Shown: positions 25,031 through 37,059, counted from the stretch's first letter. The stretch: 64,000 nucleotides of DNA from Iphione sp. A-MEVVRFRX5 (GCA_976226885.1 OZ320314.1:49166001-49230000), one strand, 5' to 3'. The notes: generated by a model from the letters alone, not told the origin. Numbers and translations: made by a program.

Positions 25031-26329
25031 CCAGTAGATGAATAGACGTGTCCGTTTTAGACAGTCAAATAAATATTTGGGGCTGTAGACTGGATGTCCA
25101 GATGCAAGTGCCCATTGTCCAAGAGTGCCCGTAGTGGCTGGACTGTATTGAACATGATACAGTCAAGACCCTAATTCCAATTATCAATTTTTAACCAAAT
25201 TTGCTATTCCGAGGAATTGACTTTGGAGCCAAAATGTTCCCTTTAGATAATCACTAAACTGATATTTCCAACCAGATCTATTTTCAACCAATTTCAGTCT
25301 CCGACCACCTATGCTACTGTCTATGCTATTGTACTTTACTATTGATTTCTGACTGGCAGGTGTGAGAGTGATGCTTCAGAAGTCCCCTTCGTCTATTTCC
25401 AACCATTCAAAGTCCCCCAACACTTGAACTTGAACTTGAAGGGGGTTGGGCATTGACTCTGAAAAGGTGCCCAGATCTACGCCGTTGGGGCAGACCTTGA
25501 CAAGCATGGCCTTCTGTGCCGTAGATGTAGTAGGGGTTGAGTGGAGGTCACACAGTATGCCACAGATGACACCGGCGACCAACTGGCATGATCTAAACTA
25601 GGTCCAACAACAAATGGTGAGTCCTCAGGGCCCATACCCCCCGGCCTATATTTAATGTCGGTCTGGGGGATCAGCGACAGCAAAGTGCCAGTGCCCCTTG
25701 CTCACTCAAGCATAGAGTGATTGGCAGGTGACATCAAACAGGCTATTAAGAGGAGTCAACTGTGTGGCAGCACAGTGTAACACTGACCACTGCATTCCCC
25801 CCCCCTCCCCCCAAAAGTGCAGGGTAACAGTGGGTGCAAAACTGCCAGGGTCAGGACTCAACTCTAACATAGACCCAAGATAGACCAAGTTGCCTAGGTC
25901 TACCTGCCACCCCTAAGTGGGGTAACAGCCATCAGCTGGCCTGGGATTTCTACTGGTGCAGAGGTCCAGTGGTCTGACCAGGGTAGCCCATCCAGGTCAG
26001 ACCAGCTCCTGAAGATAACAGTCTGTAGACCAGCTTTGGACCTCCAGCTAACTGTGTGGACCCGAGGTAAGGGGTTAGCCCACCTGGAGTCAGCTCTGCA
26101 AAGGGTTACAGGAAGGTCAATACCAACACCCTAGCTTTACACAGATAGCCTATGTGCACACACATGTTCTATGTAAGAGTAACCTGGTACTTCTTCCCAT
26201 GAGAAGATGAATTTATAAACTCATAGCACCAATCACTAGGGAGGCAGTTGAAAATGAGATGAAAACAAACAGGGAGGTAATAATGATGAGGTTATGTTAT
26301 GCAGAGCTCAAAGGAGATCCAAATAAGAC

Positions 26330-26520
26330 ATCGGACAATGCTATTAAATGGAGGGAAACTCGAAATAGACCTAAAACTAAACGAAATTTAGAGGTACCAA
26401 GAAAAATTCAAATACAGTGTTTTATATTGTAGAAGGAAAATTTGGGCTAATGTAGAATTGATGCTAAGGAAAAAGAAGGGTGAAAAATTGGTAAAAACAC
26501 TGTATAAACTGATGGCGACA
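26330..26520 (+). mobile_element. Possible 3' end fragment of a CR1/L2 LINE ORF2
   Basis: RETRNRPKTKRNLEVPR plus frameshifted KFKYSVLYCRRKIWANV resembles the TR....L.VP....SF.Y.G.KLWN.L tail of LINE ORF2. Confidence 0.3.
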
Positions 26521-26582
26521 AAAACCTGAATATAAAGTAACAGGTAACAACGGAAAGTATGAACAGGATTGATGAGTGAGAC

Positions 26583-26884
26583 AGACTGGACATTGTCCAT
26601 GACTAACATATAGAATGCTGTTACATGTGTTAATTCAGGGTTGTTGAACATTAAACATATATATAGAGTTAGAATTGATAGACTGGACATTGTCCATGAC
26701 GATCTCGAAAAATAGTAATATGTGGACTGTTGCTTGAGTGGCAATTCTATTACTATATGTTAACTTAATAGACTGGACATCGTCCATGGCTATATTGAAA
26801 AATAGTAATAAGTGGACTGTTGATTGAGTGGCAATTACATTACTACATGTCAAATAGTGTAACAGACTGGACATCGTCCATGAC
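26583..26884. repeat. Array of four 21 bp palindromic-core direct repeats with 69-76 bp intervening segments
   Basis: AGACTGGACAT(T/C)GTCCATG(A/G)C at 26583, 26680, 26770 and 26864. The core TGGACA-T-TGTCCA is an inverted repeat. Confidence 0.9.
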
Positions 26885-26920
26885 TATAGTAGTCATTATT
26901 ACTAACACTATTTAAACAAT

Positions 26921-26960
26921 TACCGATATAATGAGACTACTACCGATATAATGAGACTAC
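26921..26960. repeat. Perfect 20 bp tandem duplication
   Basis: TACCGATATAATGAGACTAC occurs twice, adjacent. Confidence 0.95.
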
Positions 26961-27195
26961 TCATGGATGGAGAAGGCACGACGGAGGAGAAAGGCTGAAT
27001 ATATAAATCTGATTGGATATCATCCAATACAGGTGTTAGGGAACAAAGTGACAGAAGTATATACCACCATAAATAGTCAATACAATTCATCTAAATCATC
27101 TACAAGTACTATCACCTGAATATAAATACTATCTGATATGTATAACAATCCAGAATAAATCATTTATTTCAAAAAAAGAGTAATGTTGTATCTGT

Positions 27196-27480
27196 TTTAT
27201 TCCATCCTTTGATACATCAACCTGGTCACGTGACACTTGTGTCTGCTATAAATATAGGCCTTGTGTGGCCAATAAACCAGTCTGCACTTGGAATTACTCA
27301 GTGGAACTTGTCTCTTTGGGAATGCTTAGGAGAACAAACCCACTCGCAATTACCTTAAGGGTTGGCAATTGGATTAACCACATTGGGTTAAACTAGAGGA
27401 GTAACTACCACAGGATAACACTGAACAATAGGTGGATTCATTCAAGTGGGAATTATTGACGTGGATATTACAATATGTAT
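27196..27480 (+). repeat. Dispersed LTR-like repeat, copy 1 (homologous to 53921-54240)
   Basis: Shares TTTTATTCCATC, TGGCCAATAAACCAGTCTGCA(C/T)TTGGA, GTGGAACTT.TCTCTT and ACCCACT..TACCTTAAGGG with the 54 kb copy. TATA-like CTATAAATA lies upstream of AATAAA. Confidence 0.7.
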
Positions 27481-28308
27481 AGGTCAACTTCAACAGAAAG
27501 CAGTTCTCAGCCTGGTCACTAGGCATTGTTGCATGTAGTGTATTGAACGTGTATATCGGAAAGTGATATGAAGGATGGTAAAAAATGCACATAACAATTT
27601 TGTGTCCAACACCATTCATATGTGTACAGGGAATGCCTCCCTATGTACAAGCACATGGAAAGCCTGCCTAATACTACTACACAACCAATGAGCATTTCTC
27701 CTATGAAACATGGATAGAGATCAGAGATAAGCTATTGCTCAAGATAAGGTTAAAAGGAAACTTCATATTTTAAACACGCGATGAAGAAACGTCGTTTGGA
27801 AAAATAGAGAGGAAATGCCTTGAGGGTTTTTATATAATCAGTTCCAAAGCACAGAACAGTAAACTTCAGTGAAATAAATTCAAGAAAATCCTATTGTAGT
27901 ACGTTTTTGATCCTGTGAATATGTTAATGATCCTATCCAATACCACTGCCTTGTACTTACACCCATGTCCATTTCACATATTTCCTCCACAACAGAAACC
28001 TACTGAAATTTTCAACCTATGTCTAGAACCATGAATTCATTTTAATTCTATCTTAAATATCGCCGACTCTTTATACTCGTTTCCTTCCAACCGAGATGGA
28101 ACTGTGTCAGTTATGTGCATGGCTTTATATTAGTTAAAATCAGAAAAATAAATGTTATTTTGGCAAACCTATTCATATAGGTACATTTGACCATCATATC
28201 CATACGGAACCCCAAACATGTATTTACTAGCCTTTATTTTCGCCAAATGCTTTAAATAATATAACAGAGCGAAGCATGTGTAGGTCTGCTTCCATGAAGC
28301 TAGAGATG

Positions 28309-29077
28309 TACAGTGACACCTCTGTTAACGGACGCCCAACCACTGTGAAAAACCATTTCTATGGACAGATATTGGTCAGAACTATTTCATATCAAAGTCC
28401 TCCAAGCCACTGCGGACACTCATATACAGTGGACATCTGCTTGCAGACACCTATTTTGCAGTCCAAAACACTGATTCTTGGAGGGTACAGAAGATAAGTA
28501 GGAGGACACCACTGACTGGCTAGGGAGGGCGGATGTTGGTGTTTGGGGGAGAAGGAGGTTTATACTATGAATCAGTGGTTTTACACCACGAATCAGCAGG
28601 TATGTACTACGGGTGTTGGCAGAGGTATTAGTGCGACATCTCAGATGTCCAAGCTAAGAGTGTTGAAGGGTTACTCATTGTCTAAAGTGCTACCAGAGGT
28701 GTTAGTGCAACCCAAAACCGCCAAGGGTTAGTCATTGTGTAACGTGTATGCTCATGGAAAATGTGCTAATTTTAGGACCTGGACTCATCAAATTCACTGC
28801 TTTTATGACTTTTACTTGTCAAAATCACCGCTTTTAAGACTTATACGTGTCGAATTAGTCACTTTTAGGACTCTGACCCATCAAATTCACTGTTTTAGGA
28901 CTTTTACTTGTAAACTTCACTGCTTTTAATAGTTTTACTTGTCAGATTAGCCACTTTTATGACTTTAACTCATCATATTAACTGCTTTTCTCCATTTTCG
29001 GCTACTGTGGACACCCCCTACTGCAGACAGAAAGGTGACAATCCCTTTAATGTCTGAGGTAGTCAGGTCTTACAGTA
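28309..29077. mobile_element. Tc1/pogo-type MITE (TA-CAGT end) with internal minisatellite
   Basis: Left end TA|CAGTGACACCTCTGTTAACGGAC with repeated GGACAC subterminal motifs. The right end near 29077 is degenerate and tentative. Confidence 0.55.
28765..28990. repeat. ~31 bp minisatellite, about 7 degenerate units
   Basis: CACTGCTTTTA(T/G)GACTTTTACTTGTCAAAAT-like units repeat in tandem. Confidence 0.85.
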
Positions 29078-29399
29078 TTGTTGAACGAGGTATTACCAGT
29101 AACACAATTTTTATGTATTATGTAACTCCCACACCACTATGTAAGTTCCTTTATTAACACTGTTTCAAAAATTTAGACTGTAAATCCTTGACAATACGGT
29201 CGCCCACTGTTTTGAGCAAATGTGGTCACAATAGGTGATCGACTATAACCCTCATCATATTCAAACACGATTCTTCAGGACATCTCGTTATTTCTATTTT
29301 TGTGTCAATGATTTTGCCTGGACTCTGGGGTCGCAGCTAGATAATAAGCCCACCCAGCACTAATCCTTCGTTTCAACGATTTAATAGCCTGCTTCCTGT

Positions 29400-29612
29400 T
29401 GTCCTGCTCTGTTTGACCATATTCCTGTGGTCTATACCGCTTTTCATCCTTAAAACGAAACGATTAGGAAAAGACCGTATGGTTGAGGTGACCGTATTTT
29501 GGATGTTTCCGTATATTAGATTTTAGAGGGAAATAGTCCTTTCTGAGCAAATTTGACTCTATTGGCCCATCGACTATATTATTACCTGATCTCATCTTGA
29601 GGTTCTACTGTA
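29400..29612. mobile_element. Right end of a Tc1/pogo-type MITE
   Basis: GAGGTTCTACTG|TA at 29599-29612 is the reverse complement of TA|CAGTAGAACCTC. Left end not resolved. Confidence 0.4.
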
Positions 29613-31779
29613 AAGGGCTAATACCAATTTGTCATATGGAGCCAAATATGGTGAGGCCTGTCCAAATTAATTACTGGAGACATTTATAATTAGGAATGAT
29701 ACCTCAGGTAAAATGCAATATTTGAAGAGGCAAATCATACATGTACAATGTATATGTATACGTTGTCTAAGACAAGCATACATGTATATGTTTATCATCT
29801 GTTCCTCATTGCATGTAAGCTTTGAATGAGTAACCATTTTTCTTGTATTTATATGCGAGCTGCTCAATAACCGTGGTTCATGGACATTTAACGCCTGAAC
29901 GAATTAAGATTACAATACGGATATACTCGAGTCTGTTTCTCGCTGTTTTTCACTGAGAGTGCCAGCGGAACAGTCTAGGCGAGAATTCATGTTACTATTG
30001 AAAAGTCAGTGTCATTTGGAACGGCTACCATCTCATTATCCACCTCTTTCATATACAAAGAGCCTTCGTCGATCTGATCATATCCTGTTTGACTGATCAT
30101 AGATTAGGTGCCTATATCATCAAGAGATATTCCTACTCATCCTTGAAAAGGTAGATCGTTGTCACTCTGGTTCGTGCTTATCCTTAATGAAGAACGTAGA
30201 TCTATTACTTTAAAAATCAATGTTCATAGGCGCACGAAGATGGTCTACGTACTAGACCACCGTTAAATGGGCAGGACTATCGTCCACATGTTGCGCCATA
30301 CAACAAGCATTTGGGTTGGCCATGTTAGTTTAAGACTTAAAAATCTAGATAGCGATTTTTCGTTCATGAAGCGCGTGTGAGTTCGTGCATGAAGGTGGCG
30401 AAAACCCATATAGGAACAAACTTGCTCTCACCGGAACGAAAATCTGTGGGAGGATTTAAAGTAGTTCTGACAGCACTTCAGCCACCTAGAGACTGCATCA
30501 CTCAAACCTATAGTTGAGCATGCCTCCCCCGGCCGATAATCCCTTTCTCACCCACAAAAAGGTATTGTGGATAAAAGCCGAACCTAGGGACTTCTTGCTG
30601 CCTAGGTAGTGTGACTCTACTGTTCAGACTATGCTTTCTATTCCACGATCTCACACTTTATTGAGGTCGCCTTACGCTAGCAAATAGGGCACTCAGAGTT
30701 AAACGTAACAGCTAGGTATCGTGTTTAAATGAACTTTCCTTAAAGTAATAAAATCGCATAGTAAAAGGTTGGTTGTTACGTTTATCAAGTGTCTACTGTA
30801 ATTTACCTATAGCTAGACCATCTCTCTGTAATTGATAACTGTAATTAAGACGTTAAAAAGGACATAGAAATATGTGATGCGTATGTATTCATATGTTTTT
30901 CATAAAAATCAATCCAGGTTTTCATTAACAGTTGAGAACAACGAGTACCGGAAGAAATATGCCACGTGTATGTCAAAATCACGGAATCAAGACACGGCAT
31001 GATTCCAACTCAATTATCAACGGAGGAAACAGTTTTACAATCAGACTTCCTGCAGTATTGTTGCTCATATTTTACTTGACACCTGAATCCTAACAACTGG
31101 CCGCATACATTAAACGTAACCATTCATTGGCGTGAGTTTAAAATCAATGTTAATCGTTTTTCGGCTACATTAACTATGCATGCGGTCGGACGTATATGTG
31201 ATTCTATCTTGTCTAGACGGGTGACTTTCACAGGTCTGTAAACAGTTTTGTTTTCCAGATAATACATGCTCAGCTTATATCACCAGCTTCGCTAAACTAG
31301 AGAACATCGTCACATCCGTTGGGGTACATTTATCGTCAATGTCGTTCTTATCACATTCATGACCTCACGCTTGTCCATAGTTATTCGAATCCCCATCACC
31401 ATGACGTCTTCCTGATACTACGCATCCGTTCATTCTTTAGTGGGTTGTTACGCTTTGTTTTTTTATAAACTTTTTTAGGCTTGTAATATCGTATACATCA
31501 CAGAGTATTTTTAACCAGCATTTCCAACAATTCACTGGTCCAATACAACATTTTTGAATACCATATATCCTTCCCCGCCTACCCCGACTGCTAGCATAGA
31601 TCCATGGTCGTTGTTTAAAATTGAATGATCATCATCCTGTCTAGCTTTGGCTGCAATGGATAAAAAACAATAACCTACACCATTAACCAGGACCTGCTGG
31701 TGCTAATTACCGCCGGCCCTACTAATTAAAATGTGACTGGATGCATTAGAGACCTGGCTGCCTTGTCTCTCGAGAACAA

Positions 31780-32800
31780 GCAAAGCTCACTTACCTTGTT
31801 TCCTGGGTTGCTGCCGTCAGGGGATAATGACCGCGTGTGGTGGCCAGACTCGGCCTCCGGATCGGCTGCATGAAGATATGAAAGGTAATGGCCATCAGGG
31901 GCTCGACGACTTTACTTTGTTTTCAATCAAATTGACTCCCGCTCGCATAAACTCTCTCTCTCTCCCGGTATGGTTTTAATTCATCCCCGCGTATCCATTG
32001 GAGTTAAATGAAGTCGTCAGTCCTGGGAAACGGCGGCGAAAAAGGGACACCATACGGTGAAAAAGGCCACCTTTTGCGTTGCTGCAGCTAATCACCAGGT
32101 GTGGTGAAGGTGAGTCACGGGGCTTTTGCTTTTCAGTAGTCGTGTTCATAATCCGTAAGAGTATGAAAATATATTTTGCTTACGCTTTTTGATGTAGCGA
32201 AAGAGAGTCTGTACTTAAAAATATTTGGACGTGTGGAAAGTAGTAAAGGGAACGTCGCGGCTGACGGCGACAGCGGCGGCGGTGGCGGTGGGTGGTGGTG
32301 TTGATAGGCTCTAGCGGTGCCGAGCGCGAGCCGAAGAGATGCAGCACAGTGAGGAGGAGTAAGAGTAGGCAAGGCTCATGGTGCCGCCTGCCGACCATGT
32401 ATCACTACTACCTGCCCGTGCGAGGGCGCCCTTCCACCCGCCCACCGGCCCGCCTGTCCACCCGCCCACCTGCCCGTCTCTACCTGCCGACCGTCCGCGT
32501 CGCCGGCAGCCAACAAGGCGACGTGAGCAACTCGCCACGACCTGGGCGTCGACTCGCTCTCGCTCGCTCGTTCGCGACCGCGCGCGCACCGCCGATGCTA
32601 ACTTTTCTGGTAGTTGCCATCGGTCCGGGATTTTTACCTCTGGGTCGGCGCATGCGTAGTTCGCTGTCGGAGTTGGCGGATCTGCGAGGAACTAGAATGG
32701 TGCACAGGGGAAGGTCCTTAGTAGCTCAGGGCGTGCCTGAAGTGCCTGCGAGCCTGATGTCCACCAATTCCTTGAGATCTGCGTCTTCTCCGCCCCAAAA
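31780..32800. promoter_or_regulatory. CpG/GC-rich promoter-like island
   Basis: Locally very high CpG density, duplicated CCACCCGCCCACC GC-box-like units (about 32434-32475), NRF1-like GCGCATGCG at 32648-32656, and canonical donors on both strands (minus GTAAGT near 31795, minus GTAAGC at 32183, plus GTGAGT near 32110). Confidence 0.5.
32184..32398 (-). CDS. Candidate first coding exon with signal-peptide-like N-terminus (unassigned)
   Basis: MVGRRHHEPCLLLLLLTVLHLFGSRSAPLEPINTTTHRHRRRCRRQPRRSLYYFPHVQIFLSTDSLSLHQK has a hydrophobic core and basic cluster and ends at a GTAAGC donor. No downstream exon identified. Confidence 0.25.
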
Positions 32801-33158
32801 TATATGATATGTCTAAAAGCGAAAGTTGGAGTAGTCTGAAGACAGGTGCTAATTGAGAGAAATATAGCCAACATGCGCAGCGAGGAAAAGAAATATACGA
32901 AGTAATGTAAGGGGTTTCAGTGTAAACCAGAAACTAAGGCATATTTTACATGTGTACATTTTTTTTCGAGGCAAACACTCCATTTGGCAAAGATTTTGGA
33001 CAAGACTGTGCGACTTAGTAAATTCCAGATGTCCAGGGTGAATGGGAAATGCTCATTGTCTACATCTAAATCTGTATACGTTCACGTATCTGTTTGCATG
33101 AAAACCGACACCAGACCACTTGGCTTCAAGCAACTGCAGATATAACCATTATGTACAG

Positions 33159-33248
33159 ATGCATGGGGAGTAGCTAATGGTTTGCCAATATCTGGTGTAT
33201 CAGACAACAACACCAATGAAAGTATTACTGTGAACAACGTACACACAG
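33159..33248 (+). CDS. Candidate symmetric phase 1-1 internal exon (90 nt)
   Basis: AG|ATGCATGG...CACACAG|GTAAAA, open as DAWGVANGLPISGVSDNNTNESITVNNVHT. The polypyrimidine tract is weak. Confidence 0.15.
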
Positions 33249-35649
33249 GTAAAAAGGGTGCTAGGCCCAACAGATGATAGGAAACGTCAAACCTTTGCTA
33301 AAATCTGATTGGATATAATGAAAGAAAAGTGGCGTTTAGGTAGTCATTTCGGCCTATGCTATGACATAGAACTACAATGTATATGCAAACGTTTTGTTAA
33401 ACCTCGTACAGCGCAGATACAGCAACCCATCAATAGGACTGGCTTCTTATGCATACTATTGGACAATAGGTTATTCAGGTACGTACATGCATATCAAATG
33501 TTTTCCTTCTAGAATTGCTTCATGGTACACAGTTTATATATTCTTGATTTGATTTGATTTGCTTTTTCAACATCTCCGTAGCCTACGGAGTTTGTCATGT
33601 ACAATTTGGTTCTAATTTTTCACTCCTATGAATCATTTGTTTTTAATTTCTAGCCTTTGTATTCTCCTTATCATTACATTACTTTCCCTTCGGTAGAAAT
33701 AAAAATCCTATTGTTCGCAGATATTTGTCTTTTTTAAATATGTATACTGATATTACCACAATCAGTATTCACTGTTGATTTACATGACAACACATGCCTG
33801 TAGTAATCTGTACGTCGCCCATTCATGCTATGATCTATTATATTACTGTTTTTTTTCCTATTTATTATTTCTGAAGCATTCCATCTTGCTTGATATGTAT
33901 GTCATAAGAATTGCCCTCTTCCAATATGGACATGTACTGTTATAACTATCCAACAGGAGATGCTGAGATGAAGTATTACACGAGCAGGTAATCAGTCAAG
34001 ATATTCATCAAACAAAACTGGCCGGCCACTCTAGGTGGGTGAAAAAACAAGAACAGAAAATGTTAGTCCCACACACAGATAGCCCTAACGGACAGTACAA
34101 GACAAACGAGTATAGGTACCATAAATACCTGGTGAGGATAACAAAATAAATGGGAACCTTTGCTTGGGTCTGAAGTAGTCAAATGATTCTTGCTATCCAG
34201 AGCTGCGACTGGGTTTGAGTGGATGTCAAGGGAATATCTATTCTTAGAACGAAGGTTCGTCTATCCTGATGCCGATCTGAGCTAGATACCCCAAACCTGC
34301 TTTTCAAAAATAAAGCATTTAATCTGTCAGTAATTCTGCCTTTCTTCCGCTCGGGTGTATAGGATTTAGGCCTAACAAAGAAAACTGAATACACAGCAAG
34401 GTGATAGTAGACACATGGCGATATTCTTTGCTTCAACTGAGTATTGTTAGTTCTTTTCTCTTGAAGGCATACATATTTTACAGGAGACATAGGGTCATCC
34501 TATTTGTTTCAAGTATTGTTAATTCTCTACACATGCAGGCATGGCTTAATTCATGTCTATCTGAATACAGTCTAAGAAATCAACAGAGAGATCTGATTCA
34601 GTAGAGTAGTCAATCATGTGTCATTATTAGTTTAATAAATAATAAATAATACGTGTTTAGTGTGTGTTCGATTTTCCACGAAGGGGAGAATATGAGGACA
34701 TTTCTCGGGAGTAACTGGGGCAACAGTCCAAATAGCAATGAAAAAAAATGAATCCCAATCATTGACCTCTGTGGTACTTCACGATCTATATGATATGTAA
34801 ATTAAGTATCGAGGATATATAGGTATTTTAGAAACCGTCGGATCCATAGTGAAACACCAAATCTTGGAAGAATGAGGGTGAACATCCGAAGCACTCTTCT
34901 CAATAGAATGGTGTTTCCATCTACTCCAATGTGGTTACCAGAGTGTATATGATTAGGCGTTAATAAGGAATATAATTACGTTGTAAGACAAGGTGAACGA
35001 TGGTACTGATTATAGTTACTAAATTTGATAATGTATGAGCTCTTAGACATGAGAAAACATACTGGAACGGCTATGACCAGTCTGGTGCATAAGGATTCAC
35101 CTGCAACTAGACCCAGGAGAGAATGCAAAAAAAAACAGACGGATCAGATTCATTTTGTTCTCTCTTTTGTAAATCTCAAAAACGTTATACCCCATCAGAT
35201 GTTGATTGCAATCTAAGATGGCGTCTATTATCATGAGATGAATATGTGGGACATGAACCAATCCTTGTTTACGCAAGTTATGCACACAGCAAATCCTTTA
35301 TTTCTTTACTGAGTTATTTCTTATTTTTCCAATTATGTCAGAAAAAAAGGCTCAAGCTTAGCGGGGTTAAGTATATTACTAGTGACTCTGAATGAATGAA
35401 TACATGAATGAATGAAGACTGTTCAACTCACTAGTGATGTAAAGCGTGGAAATATTATTTTGATTATGCACCAATTAAATGCTCTAAAGTTCAGTACTTT
35501 AATAAATCAACATAGCTGAAAATCCTTTTTAATTCTACATTGGTTCAACATCATGGAATCTACGAGACAACCAGCAGAAGATAAAGTTTTATTCGACATC
35601 AGTGTAAGCAGGCCTTGAGCACCCTATCGACTACATTTAGATCACTGAA

Positions 35650-36070
35650 ATCTAGTTGACTACCACTCATACAGTGATTTTCTATATAACAATGTAGTCA
35701 TATGTCAGACCTTCGTCTTTTAATGTAATTAAGACAGAAACATCCACACACAGGACGACTACCTTTTGTTCTTCTATCTACATAAATGTAACTATCCTCA
35801 GCATTGACCAATATGAAGTCTCTTATCCATAAATTATAATATTCTTAGGGTTGTCCCAGCGAATCGAAGACTTTATTATCAGCAAGACTGAATCGTTCCA
35901 ACTGATGATGAGCTAAAGGAATGTACCACAACCTATCAAGCGATAATTTCTTCTTCTCTTGAAGTCTCACAAGTAATTCTAGACAATCTGAGATGTAATT
36001 GCTTTCCACTAGATCAGAACAAGCAACCATATCTGGAACTGTAAAACCTCTTGAGAGAGATCCTCTTTCA
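35650..36070 (-). pseudogene. Polinton/Maverick adenain-like cysteine protease remnant
   Basis: One frame reads ..KVFDSLGQP*EYYNLWIRDFILVNAEDSYIYVDRRTKGSRPVCGCFCLNYIKRRRSDI. It matches the Polinton PRO motifs FDS.G.PP (catalytic Asp) and Q...S..CG.YC..Y...R (catalytic Cys). The catalytic His (HW) region is eroded. Confidence 0.7.
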
Positions 36071-36596
36071 ATTAAGATTTTTTTTTGTCAAAAAATAACA
36101 ATAATTGTCACGTGCTTTTAATTCTATCATACTTCTACACTGTAATTCATTAAGTGCCTGATGAAACCGTGTTATAGTGGACAAAACCTCTGCCATTTTT
36201 AAAGCCCGGTTGAGGCCACCATAGTGAGCCCTAAAGTCAGTAACCACTAGCAACCCAAACTGCTTAAATAGCATGAACACACAGCTGGCAGGCCCACAAC
36301 TCCGTAGCACTGCAGAAGGAAAGGGAGCATAGCCGTCGTCTACCATTACTAACATATCTGGAACTGTAGGCACAAGTCAGCCTGACAATAGAGATTCACT
36401 AAGGCACACTCCCACCCATGAGACAATTTTACATTTCCACAATATTGTGGTAACATTGTATTTTGGTGGTGGTAACATTATTGCATAACATTGTAGCAGT
36501 GCAAAAAGAGAAGTTTTCAAATGAGTTCAGAATATTGCAGTGAAATAGTGGGGAAAACCTTCCTGACACTACTTAAAAAATTTAAAAAGTTATATT

Positions 36597-36660
36597 TCCC
36601 ACTATTGAATTTGAACCCTCTTTATCTGATTCAAAGTCCATCGTCTAAGTTACTGTGTTA
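36597..36660 (-). other. tRNA-Gln(TTG)-derived fragment (SINE head or tRNA pseudogene)
   Basis: Minus strand has TGGACTTTGAATC (Gln-TTG anticodon arm) followed by GGGTTCAAAT (T-arm/B-box). Acceptor stem and D-arm are degenerate, so it is not a functional tRNA. Confidence 0.35.
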
Positions 36661-37059
36661 TCTTTACTTCTGTTGTTAAACATTCCTGATCTCCATTGTT
36701 CAGTGTAACCAAACTACACTCTAGAAACATTATTAACCAAGCTACAATATTATAGTAGCATTTTGTCCTTATACGGTCTTAACATAATGATTTAGAGTTT
36801 ATATATTTTATGAATTTGTTTTCTAGCTTAGCAAAATTACAATATTCTAGGAACGTTTTTTCTACCTTTACCTGAATATCATGATTTAACATTTATACAA
36901 TGTTCTGTGAAGGCCTTTTCTAACCCAACCAAACTACAATGCTCTGCAAACGTTTTTTTACATTGTGTTTTAGCTGGGTACTGACTTCTGACTTGTAATA
37001 GATGGGGGAGTTCCACTAAACATGATTTCATAAGTAAAGTGCTTCTCTATACTGAGTTT

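Larger units (their letters stand above)
22967..25148 (-). mobile_element. Tigger/pogo-family (IS630-Tc1-mariner superfamily) DNA transposon, decayed
   Basis: Internal DDE_1 transposase remnant. Right end reads TA-CAGTCCAGCC..GGACA on the minus strand (about 25146). Left end reads CAGTGGAAC..GAGGAAAAGTGTCC..AGAGGTGTCC (about 22968), typical of CAGT-ended pogo-like termini. Confidence 0.8.

Noticed and set aside
26583-26884. CRISPR array call
   Set aside because: Eukaryotic TE-rich context, no cas genes, 69-76 bp spacers with two of them homologous, and only four repeats. Kept as a repeat finding instead.
27800-28270. LINE RT-like fragments on the minus strand (VPSR.., VQGSGIG)
   Set aside because: Spacing is inconsistent and similarity too weak to list as a feature.
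32133-32372. HHHPPPPPP ORF suggesting a transcription factor
   Set aside because: Starts at TTG just after an in-frame stop; explained by GC-rich triplet runs.
32292-32807. 171-aa plus-strand ORF, the longest in the track
   Set aside because: Arg/Pro/Ala-rich composition expected from a GC-rich island, GTG start and no domain.
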